From Gammaproteobacteria bacterium (GTDB lineage: Bacteria; Pseudomonadota; Gammaproteobacteria; Eutrophobiales; Eutrophobiaceae), in contig CBDEUC010000001.1 of NCBI GenBank assembly GCA_965243105.1, positions 346,093 through 410,092 of the forward strand: DNA of 64,000 nucleotides, given 5' to 3'. Positions 21,325 to 28,639 of this stretch are shown in pieces. A program made the position numbers and the translations under genes. Positions within the stretch are counted from its first letter, which is position 1. The number at the start of each line of letters is the position of its first letter. The notes beneath the pieces are model-generated. The model saw only the letters and a program-made list of their open reading frames with translations, did not search any database and had not been told where the DNA came from.

Positions 21325-21490
21325 TTCAGCCGCAGGGCCGATAATTGCTCCTGCATTATCGGCATTTCCGCCATCCATGGCGGTCAGACTCGGCTATTCG
21401 AGCGTACGTGGACGACATACATGGACGTATTAGTGTCGAGAGAGGACAGGAGTCCGGAGCGACCGTATTTACAGCGCGTTCGCGTTCCAG
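21325..21490. repeat. Composite palindromic element, family A (reverse orientation, with internal insertions)
   Basis: Reverse complement contains GAACGCG..CGCGCTGTAAATAC and GTCCATGTA/GTACGCTC; CCGCCATCCATGGCGG and GCCGATAAT..ATTATCGGC hairpins. Confidence 0.65.
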
Positions 21491-21536
21491 GGGTATCATT
21501 CTCATACTGTTCTCAATTGATAGTGAGTCCCCAGGA

Positions 21537-22007
21537 ATGACAGACATTAATACCCTGCGTCGCATTCTCAGCCAGTACAAGCGCATTGCCGTGGTCGGCC
21601 TCTCCGCGGACTGGTCACGACCCAGCTATTTCGCCGCCAAGTACCTGCTCGATCACGGATTCGAGGTGATCCCGGTAAACCCAAAGTACGAGGAAATCCT
21701 CGGGCAGAAATGTTACCCGGACCTTGAGTCTATTCCCGGTGAAGTTGACGTGGTCGATCTTTTCCAGAGAACCGAGCGTGTGCCTCCCTTCGTGGACACG
21801 GCAATCGCTATCGGTGCAAAAGTGATCTGGATGCAGCTCGGTGTTGTACATGAAGAGGCGGCGAAAAAGGCCGAAGATGCCGGGCTTGAAGTGGTGATGG
21901 ATCGCTGCATGAAAATTGAATACGCCCGGCTTTTTGGCGGCCTCAACACCATCGGTGTTAACACCGGGATAATTTCGGCAAAGCGTCCGCTATTTGTGAA
22001 CAGATGA
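21537..22007 (+). CDS. CoA-binding protein (YccU-like)
   Basis: IAVVGLS....RPS, IPVNP, W.Q.GV, VVMDRCMKIE; true start ATG 21537. Confidence 0.93.
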   Translation: MTDINTLRRILSQYKRIAVVGLSADWSRPSYFAAKYLLDHGFEVIPVNPKYEEILGQKCYPDLESIPGEVDVVDLFQRTERVPPFVDTAIAIGAKVIWMQLGVVHEEAAKKAEDAGLEVVMDRCMKIEYARLFGGLNTIGVNTGIISAKRPLFVNR

Positions 22008-22044
22008 AACCGGGCCTGGCTTTTCATTCACAAGAACAAGAATC

Positions 22045-23337
22045 ATGACTGATCGAAAATTTGGTATCGAAACACTTTGTCTTCATGCGGGGCATATTCC
22101 GGATGCGCCTACCGGTTCCCGTGCAGTACCAATACACCAGACCACGTCCTACGTGTTTGATGATGCTGACCATGCCGCCAGCCTGTTTAACCTGCAGACC
22201 TTTGGTAATACCTATACCAGGTTGACCAATCCAACCACGGCGGTATTTGAAGAGCGCATGGCGGCACTGGAAAACGGGCGGGCTGCACTGGCGGTAAGTT
22301 CCGGTATGGCAGCACAAATGGTAGCGCTGTTGACACTCATGGAAGAAGGAGATGAACTGGTTTCTGCCAGTACCCTGTACGGCGGCACCTATTCGCAGTT
22401 TGACGTAACCTTCAGGCGTTTCGGTATCAGCACGAAGTTTGTTGATTCCGATGACCCGGAAAACTTTCGTAAGGCCATTGGTCCAAAAACAAAAGCAATC
22501 TATGCCGAGACCATTGGCAACCCGCTTAACAATGTGCTGGACATCGAGGCAGTTGCGGCAATCGCCAATGAGGCCGGCATTCCCCTCGTGATGGACAGCA
22601 CCTTTGCTACTCCCTATCTTTGCCGTCCGATGGATTTCGGCGCCGACATTGTCGTGCATTCAGCCACCAAGTTCATAGGTGGTCATGGCACCACCATGGG
22701 AGGTGTGATCATCGAATCAGGCAAGTTTGACTGGAGCAATGGTAATTTCCCCGGGATGACGGAACCATCAAGGGGTTATCACGGCGTACGCTTCTATGAA
22801 ACCTTTGGTGACTTTGGCTTTACCATGAAAGCCCGTTGTGAAACCCTGCGAACCCTCGGTCCTGCCATGAGTCCGTTCAACGCTTTCATGCTGATACAGG
22901 GGCTCGAGACACTGCCAGTAAGAATGGACCGGCACTGTGAAAATGCCATGGCCGTGGCGAAGTTTCTACAGGGGCACTCGGCAGTGAGCTGGGTTAACTA
23001 CGCTGGGCTTGAAGACAATGACTATGCCGAGCTGGTGAAAAAATATTTACCTGGCGGTGCCGGTTCTATCCTGAGTTTTGGCGTAAAAGGCGGCATGGAG
23101 GCGGGAGCGGCATTCATTGAGAATGCCCAGTTCATGAGTCATCTTGCCAATGTCGGCGATGCCAAGACGTTGATCATACACCCGGCCTCGACCACCCATC
23201 GTCAACTCAGCGAGGAACAACAGCGGGATGCCGGGGTCTCACCTGACATGGTACGAATTTCGGTTGGACTGGAAACGCTGGACGATATTCTATGGGATCT
23301 CGACCAGGCCCTGCTAAAGTCGCAGTCCGCTGCATAA
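22045..23337 (+). CDS. metY: O-acetylhomoserine aminocarboxypropyltransferase/cysteine synthase (MetY-like, PLP)
   Basis: VPIHQTTSYVF, YTRLTNPT, SGMAA, HSATKFIGGHG, HLANVGD.K. Confidence 0.92.
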   Translation: MTDRKFGIETLCLHAGHIPDAPTGSRAVPIHQTTSYVFDDADHAASLFNLQTFGNTYTRLTNPTTAVFEERMAALENGRAALAVSSGMAAQMVALLTLMEEGDELVSASTLYGGTYSQFDVTFRRFGISTKFVDSDDPENFRKAIGPKTKAIYAETIGNPLNNVLDIEAVAAIANEAGIPLVMDSTFATPYLCRPMDFGADIVVHSATKFIGGHGTTMGGVIIESGKFDWSNGNFPGMTEPSRGYHGVRFYETFGDFGFTMKARCETLRTLGPAMSPFNAFMLIQGLETLPVRMDRHCENAMAVAKFLQGHSAVSWVNYAGLEDNDYAELVKKYLPGGAGSILSFGVKGGMEAGAAFIENAQFMSHLANVGDAKTLIIHPASTTHRQLSEEQQRDAGVSPDMVRISVGLETLDDILWDLDQALLKSQSAA

Positions 23338-23400
23338 GAACTTGTTACCGCGCATTTTTTGCGCTTATATTTATTTAAAACACACTAGAGGAATCCTCAA

Positions 23401-24222
23401 ATGACACGACTTCAAAAGCTCGTTTGCACAATTATATTATGTGCGGTTTCGATACCGGGCGTAGCCGACTCTAATACCGACAAGCTACAGGCCGCCGCCA
23501 ACGGCGATCATCGCCAACAGAAGAATATTGATCGAAACAGGTATCGTCACCCGGTGGAAACGCTGGAATTTTTTGGCATCAAGGAAGACATGACCGTGGT
23601 AGAAATGTTTCCAGGTGGTGGTGGCTGGTATACCGAGGTGCTAGCACCGTATTTAAGGGATAACGGCAAATTGTATGCTGCCAGTTTTAATTCCGAATCC
23701 GAGGTGGGGTATTTCAGGAAAAACTCAAAGAAATACCTGGACAAGCTGGCCGCTATTCCTGCGGTCTACGATCGTGTTGAGGTCTTTGAATACGAGCAGG
23801 GAGTGAAGCCCGATCTGAAACCGGAAGGACAGGCAGACATGGTCCTCACGTTTCGAAACACCCATAACTGGATCAGGAATGATATTGCCGAGGAAACTTT
23901 CCGGGCCATGTTCAAGGTGCTCAAACCTGGTGGTGTGCTCGGCCTGGTTCAGCACCGTGGTAATCCAAGTATGCAGGGTAAAGAGTGGGCCAATAAGGGT
24001 TACGTTTCGGAAGCGATGGTCCTTGAACTGGCTACAAAGGCCGGGTTTCAGCTGGCTGGCCGATCAGAGATTAATGGTAATCCCCGCGACATGAAAAATT
24101 ATGAAAAAGGCGTTTGGACCCTGCCTCCGTCGTACCGTGAAGGTGACAAGGATCGTGAGCGTTATACCACTATCGGGGAAAGTGACCGCATGACTCTCAA
24201 GTTCATCAAGCCGGCTTCCTGA
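23401..24222 (+). CDS. Exported SAM-dependent methyltransferase-fold protein
   Basis: Signal peptide; RHPVETLEFFGI, VVEMFPGGGGWYTEVL, LKPGG, IGESDRMTLKF. Confidence 0.85.
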   Translation: MTRLQKLVCTIILCAVSIPGVADSNTDKLQAAANGDHRQQKNIDRNRYRHPVETLEFFGIKEDMTVVEMFPGGGGWYTEVLAPYLRDNGKLYAASFNSESEVGYFRKNSKKYLDKLAAIPAVYDRVEVFEYEQGVKPDLKPEGQADMVLTFRNTHNWIRNDIAEETFRAMFKVLKPGGVLGLVQHRGNPSMQGKEWANKGYVSEAMVLELATKAGFQLAGRSEINGNPRDMKNYEKGVWTLPPSYREGDKDRERYTTIGESDRMTLKFIKPAS

Positions 24223-24238
24223 ACCCGCGATTAATTAG

Positions 24239-24266
24239 CAGGCACCTTGCAGGGGCAAGGTGCCTG
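24239..24266. terminator. Hairpin between convergent genes (likely bidirectional terminator)
   Basis: Perfect 12-bp stem CAGGCACCTTGC-AGGG-GCAAGGTGCCTG; no strong U tract. Confidence 0.6.
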
Positions 24267-24277
24267 GCATTCACTTC

Positions 24278-26158
24278 TTATTGTTGACTGGCTACCCAGT
24301 CGTTGACACGCTGTTCCAGTAGCAGCAGTGGTAATGCACCACCTCCGAGAACGGTGTCATGGAAACCTCGAATATCGAACTTGTCTCCCAGCTGCTCGGT
24401 GGCCTGGGCACGTAACTCGAGGATCTTCAGCATTCCAATTTTATAGCTGGTGGCCTGGCCGGGAAGGACGAGGTAGCGGCGAATCTCAGATCGTACCTGC
24501 GCTTCCGGTGCAGCAGAATTGGCAAGGAAATATTGCACTGCCTCTTCCTGTGACCAGCCCTTGGCATGCAGTCCGGTGTCGACCACGAGTCGAATGGCGC
24601 GCCATATCTCTGAACCGAGTCGGCCGAAGTCAGAATAAGGATCGGCATAGCTACCCGGAATTTCCTTGGCCAGTAGTTCGGAGTAAAGACCCCAGCCTTC
24701 CGCATAGGCGCCAAAGCCGGCCTGCGTGCGAAACATCGGTACGCCTTCCAGTTCCTGCGCGATAGAAATTTGCATGTGGTGACCAGGCAGGCCCTCATGG
24801 TAGGCAATCACCTCCAGTTCACTCTTTGGCATGGCCTTCATATCTGACAGGTGAGCATAGTAGATCCCGGGACGCGAGCCATCCGGGGTGCCTGCAAAGT
24901 AATGCTGTGCGCCGCCATCCTGTTCCCTGAAAGGCTCAACACGTTTTACCACCAGGTCTGCCTTGGGCAGGAGGCCAAAAAAGTTTGGCAGTTCCTTTTT
25001 TATCCTGTCGATTGCTGCAGTTGCCTTATCAATATAGCCCTGCCTGCCTTCATCATTGTTTGGAAAGTAAAAGCGCTCGTCGTCCTTGGAGTCTCTCAGC
25101 AGGGCAAAGAAGGCCTGCAGCTCACCCTCAAATCCTACAGATTCCTTGATGGCTTCCATTTCCTTGCGAAGTCGATCTACTTCAGCAAGGCCGATTTCAT
25201 GGATTTCATCTGCGGTCATGCGAGTGGTTGTCCAGTTGGCCAGCCGCTCGTTGTAAAACGCAGTGCCGTTGGGCAGGCTACCTACACCCTGGGCCTCTTC
25301 CGAGGCATTTTTAATATCTTCTTTTTGCCAGGCAACAAGATCGGCGTAGGCGGGTTTCCAGCTTTCTTCAAGCGCGCTTTTTACCTGGTGCGTGAGATCG
25401 TTCGCACCCTGCATGTTGATCTTTCCATTCTCAAGCAGTTCCTGGATTTTCTGCTTGGCGTTTGCCCAGATGTCGTTATCGGTGTCACTATCATCAAATG
25501 GAACACCGGAAATGAGCTTGGTGGACTCGTCAATCACAAACTCAAAGGCAAACCTGGGTGGCCTGGTACCGTGCGCTGCATTTTCCCTGGAGCGCTCTAT
25601 TAACTGGCCGATGGCACGACCGGTTTCCCTGATGCGCGATATGTAATCCAGCATGTCCTGTTCCGTCTCCACCGGGTGAAAACTGATCAGTACCTGCGGC
25701 AGGAAAGCATGGGCTGACTGCATCTGGTGAAACACGTAGCGGTTTAACCTGAAGTCAAAATTTTCCTCCGCCTGCTCCAGCTGGTATTTCCACAGGTCAT
25801 AGGATGTCCTGGCTTCCGCATCCAGCGCGTCGCGATTAAACATGCGTTCCATGTCGGCGACGGTGTTTTTTCGCCATTCAAGTTGTTCTATTTCAGATTC
25901 AAGCGAGAAATCATCCATCTTGCCGTAGTCTGTTTTACGTCCAAGAAAGGATTGCCAGATAGGGCTGAAGGCCAGCTCTTCCTCGAAACGAGCTTCAAAC
26001 CATTCATTGATACGTTCACTTTCACTTTTTTCCGTTACTACAGTTTCTGTAGCGGGGGCAGCCGTTTCAGTGCTGGTATCGGTGCTAGCGGGTGCAGGTG
26101 CTTTTTCACACCCGGCGCCAAGAAATGCTGTGAGCAGCACAATAAGCAATTGCCGCAT
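24278..26158 (-). CDS. DUF885 family lipoprotein
   Basis: Lipobox LGAGC; YHEG.PGHH.Q, AY.EGWGLYSE, RA.RLVVDTG.H, PGQA.SYK.G. Confidence 0.92.
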   Translation of the reverse strand: MRQLLIVLLTAFLGAGCEKAPAPASTDTSTETAAPATETVVTEKSESERINEWFEARFEEELAFSPIWQSFLGRKTDYGKMDDFSLESEIEQLEWRKNTVADMERMFNRDALDAEARTSYDLWKYQLEQAEENFDFRLNRYVFHQMQSAHAFLPQVLISFHPVETEQDMLDYISRIRETGRAIGQLIERSRENAAHGTRPPRFAFEFVIDESTKLISGVPFDDSDTDNDIWANAKQKIQELLENGKINMQGANDLTHQVKSALEESWKPAYADLVAWQKEDIKNASEEAQGVGSLPNGTAFYNERLANWTTTRMTADEIHEIGLAEVDRLRKEMEAIKESVGFEGELQAFFALLRDSKDDERFYFPNNDEGRQGYIDKATAAIDRIKKELPNFFGLLPKADLVVKRVEPFREQDGGAQHYFAGTPDGSRPGIYYAHLSDMKAMPKSELEVIAYHEGLPGHHMQISIAQELEGVPMFRTQAGFGAYAEGWGLYSELLAKEIPGSYADPYSDFGRLGSEIWRAIRLVVDTGLHAKGWSQEEAVQYFLANSAAPEAQVRSEIRRYLVLPGQATSYKIGMLKILELRAQATEQLGDKFDIRGFHDTVLGGGALPLLLLEQRVNDWVASQQ

Positions 26159-26372
26159 TTTTTATTCTCCCAAATCGATTAATCGGTGGATTGTATTGAA
26201 CTGTCATCCACAATGAAAGTCACTCGGACAGGCGAATAATACTGTTACGGGTCTGCCTCGCAGGCGTTTTTTCGTTAAAGCGAGCCTATTTGGAGATAAA
26301 CCTGTTAGACTAGGATGTGTAAGAGTACTGGATCGAAGTTTTACTGCAGATAGAAGACCCTGTTTATTTAGA

Positions 26373-26395
26373 TGGTGCCCAGGAGAGGACTTGAA
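26373..26395 (-). repeat. att core: 23-bp duplicate of tRNA-Leu 3' end
   Basis: TGGTGCCCAGGAGAGGACTTGAA identical to 28495-28517. Confidence 0.95.
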
Positions 26396-26426
26396 ACTAT
26401 TTCGGGTTCGCAATATACGTCTTAAT

Positions 26427-26439
26427 AATCAATGACATA
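26427..26439 (+). promoter_or_regulatory. IHF-like binding site between att core and arm repeats
   Basis: AATCAATGACATA vs consensus WATCAANNNNTTR (1 mismatch). Confidence 0.45.
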
Positions 26440-26457
26440 TCTGAGTCGCGATATTCC

Positions 26458-26475
26458 GCGGGACCCCAAAGGGAC
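26458..26475 (+). repeat. Arm-type-like repeats, left end
   Basis: GCGGGACCCC-AAAGGGAC; GGGAC cores 11 bp apart. Confidence 0.6.
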
Positions 26476-26550
26476 TGAGATAACAATAAAATCTGTACAA
26501 CTTTTAACGTAAAAAGCATACGGATTTCAGAGTTAGCGGGATATTTGGTA

Positions 26551-27126
26551 TCACGCTAGATGTTCCATAAGAAGGCCCTTCATTTTGTTACTTTTCGTAA
26601 TGAATTGTTCGCAGTGAGTCGTAAATAATTTTACTACTCCGTCTTTGTTGTTTTCTAATTCGTTTGTAAATCGTTTTTCGTCTTCGTTTAGCTCACAGAG
26701 ATAGTATCTGAGCGCCGGTATGGGTGCTGACATGCCGTCCATATCAGATCTTTGATAGAAAGCGGTGATGAAAAGTTCGCTATGGTGATTTGAATTCCTT
26801 AGCTTGGTAATGACTTTGTGTTCAAGAGTTACAGGCTGAATTATGTTAGTTCGGGCATCATCAAGATTTAAATCAAACGCACGGTTAATATTGGTGTAAA
26901 CGCGACGTTGTTTTTCTATGTAGTTGTGAGATTTTTCAAGATAACTCTCGACAAGAGATTCCCACTTTAATTCTTCAGTCATGCCTACGCCGGTATAGCG
27001 ATTAAAAATCTCATATTTCAGGAATAATTCAAAAAACTGAATTATTTCTACGCAACTTCGTTTTAGCATGTAGCCGTAATGCACAAAAGCAATTTGTATT
27101 TTTTCTTCAGCTTCTCTTTTTTTCAT
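26551..27126 (-). CDS. Hypothetical helical protein with HEPN-like RxxxxH motif
   Basis: 191 aa ORF; ITKLRNSNHH at 26782-26805; 28 bp downstream of the upstream ORF. Confidence 0.7.
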   Translation of the reverse strand: MKKREAEEKIQIAFVHYGYMLKRSCVEIIQFFELFLKYEIFNRYTGVGMTEELKWESLVESYLEKSHNYIEKQRRVYTNINRAFDLNLDDARTNIIQPVTLEHKVITKLRNSNHHSELFITAFYQRSDMDGMSAPIPALRYYLCELNEDEKRFTNELENNKDGVVKLFTTHCEQFITKSNKMKGLLMEHLA

Positions 27127-27154
27127 GGATAACTACAAATATAAGATTCCTGAG

Positions 27155-28168
27155 TTAACCTCTGTTAACTGGCTTAGTGAATAATTCAACAGCTTGTTGA
27201 ACCGCGTTTTGCCCAATCATACTATCCTTAGTATACCCAGTCCCCTGCGGTCCAAATATACAGGCAGCTGCGTGAACCAAAATTACTTCACTGTTTGGAG
27301 TATCGCCAGCTGCGTCAACTAGTGCCTTGTAGGTAAGAAGCGCGTTTTGTCGATGTCTATCGACAACCTGGTTGTGTTTGTGCGCATTGTAATTTCGTAT
27401 GCACACGAATAAGTATGTTGAGATGACAACGAAGATTAAAACTTTTGAAATTGCGATATGAAAGGGATCTGCTTCCTGAAGCCAGGGGATCAAGTGAAAA
27501 AATAGACTGCTGACTGCGTAACCCCCCAATATACCGCCAGTGATCAATATTCGAGTATGCCAAGTATCGGCATCTTCCTTGTGTTTTTTTACTGATGAAT
27601 CGAAATGGACAGCTTGTTGTGATACTCCTAACTCGCCAGCCGCTTGGCGAACACTTTCAAGCATGGAGTTTACACTTGATTCAGCCTTTGTAATTCGTTC
27701 AACAATTTCATTCGTATTTGATTCAATTTGCTCGATTGCACCTTTTGCCTCCTTTTCTAGTCGGCCGAAGTCTGTAACACGCTGAGCGGAATATGCAATG
27801 ATTGGCTGAAGAGTATCAAACACAGTTTGATAATGGTCTGTCAGGTTGGCCAGCAATGCTGTACGTGTACCTGCAGCGTTTTCTTGTGTGGATGTAAAAT
27901 CCAGTATGTCAGTAAATAACTTGTAGTGCTGTTCGGCAGTCTGAGTTAGTCGTACTAAATTTCGTTCTGGAAAATCACTTAATGCATCTAATGCAATTTG
28001 GCCATACAAATTAATTATTTTCTCTGCCGGCTCGACAGCTTCACCGAATGATAATGCACGGCCCAAATCAGCTTCTCTGACAAGTGAGTTTGCATCGAAC
28101 TCCTTAATTTTTCTGATTACATCAAGAGCTGTATCTAATTTTGTCTCTGGTGGGTTTTCATCAGCCAT
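27155..28168 (-). CDS. Hypothetical coiled-coil + 2-TM membrane protein
   Basis: 337 aa; AGGAGG RBS; heptad-like segment EKEAKGAIEQIE...; two hydrophobic segments; C-terminal NYNAHKHNQVVDRHRQNALLTY. Confidence 0.85.
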   Translation of the reverse strand: MADENPPETKLDTALDVIRKIKEFDANSLVREADLGRALSFGEAVEPAEKIINLYGQIALDALSDFPERNLVRLTQTAEQHYKLFTDILDFTSTQENAAGTRTALLANLTDHYQTVFDTLQPIIAYSAQRVTDFGRLEKEAKGAIEQIESNTNEIVERITKAESSVNSMLESVRQAAGELGVSQQAVHFDSSVKKHKEDADTWHTRILITGGILGGYAVSSLFFHLIPWLQEADPFHIAISKVLIFVVISTYLFVCIRNYNAHKHNQVVDRHRQNALLTYKALVDAAGDTPNSEVILVHAAACIFGPQGTGYTKDSMIGQNAVQQAVELFTKPVNRG

Positions 28169-28225
28169 TTGAACACCTCCTTCGTTCTCTAGCGTCTAAA
28201 AAGAATCAATACAATAAAGCACAAT

Positions 28226-28262
28226 AACCCGTAGAGGTAGTTATCCTCCACGGGGTTTTTCC
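28226..28262. terminator. Imperfect hairpin with T tract inside islet
   Basis: AACCCGTAGAGG-TAGTTAT-CCTCCACGGGGTT-TTT. Confidence 0.45.
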
Positions 28263-28360
28263 TCGCAAACATCAAATTGTATTGTAAGTCCCCAATTACT
28301 AAAGATAATTAGTTGTTCGTGAGTAAATTAGGGTCGAAGGTAAAAATCTAGCCAAATACT

Positions 28361-28400
28361 GCGGGACCCCAGCGGGACCATAACGGGACCAAAGGGACCA
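28361..28400 (+). repeat. Arm-type-like repeats, right end
   Basis: Four GGGAC cores at 28363, 28374, 28385, 28394; GCGGGACCCC identical to 26458-26467. Confidence 0.65.
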
Positions 28401-28494
28401 AAAACAGATGATTTTGAGAAAATGGAGAATTTCAGAAAAATCTTTGAAACGCAGGTATACTGCGTGTTTTAGAGTTTAGGATCAATTTTTGCAG

Positions 28495-28581
28495 TGGTGC
28501 CCAGGAGAGGACTTGAACCTCCACGGGGTTACCCCCACTAGCACCTGAAGCTAGCGCGTCTACCAATTCCGCCACCTGGGC
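28495..28581 (-). tRNA. tRNA-Leu (anticodon CAG)
   Basis: GCCCAGGTGGCGGAATTGGTAGACGCGCTAGCTT-CAG-GTGCTAG...GTTCAAGTCCTCTCCTGGGCACCA; long variable arm; encoded CCA. Confidence 0.98.
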
Positions 28582-28610
28582 ACAAATACAGGACTTTCAA
28601 AGAACGGCGG

Positions 28611-28639
28611 ACTTTACCTATCCCCCCTTTTAATGTCAA
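28611..28639 (-). promoter_or_regulatory. sigma70 promoter of tRNA-Leu
   Basis: Minus strand TTGACA (28639-28634)-17 nt-TAAAGT (28616-28611) followed by GC-rich CCGCCG discriminator. Confidence 0.75.

Larger units (their letters stand above)
26373..28517. mobile_element. Integrase-less genomic islet inserted at tRNA-Leu(CAG) 3' end
   Basis: 23-bp direct repeats; low GC (counted 21/60 at 26881-26940 vs 37/60 at 29281-29340); GGGAC repeats at both inner ends; two orphan ORFs; no integrase ORF. Confidence 0.88.

Noticed and set aside
21345-21536. 64-aa N-terminal extension of the CoA-binding protein
   Set aside because: Derived from the palindromic repeat; the family begins at MTDINTL with an AGGA RBS
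22008-22044. SAM riboswitch before metY
   Set aside because: Only 37 bp and no SAM-I/II/SAH motifs; the upstream structure at 21325 is a repeat element
26204-26413. 69-aa ORF as an integrase remnant
   Set aside because: It just translates across the att core; no tyrosine or serine recombinase motifs
28226-28260. Hairpin as an integron attC site
   Set aside because: Lacks proper RYYYAAC/GTTRRRY R boxes with L boxes and extrahelical bases; it lies upstream of the ORF; no intI
28361-28400. GGGAC repeats as a CRISPR array
   Set aside because: Units are only 9-11 bp with no unique spacers and no cas genes; better explained as arm-type sites
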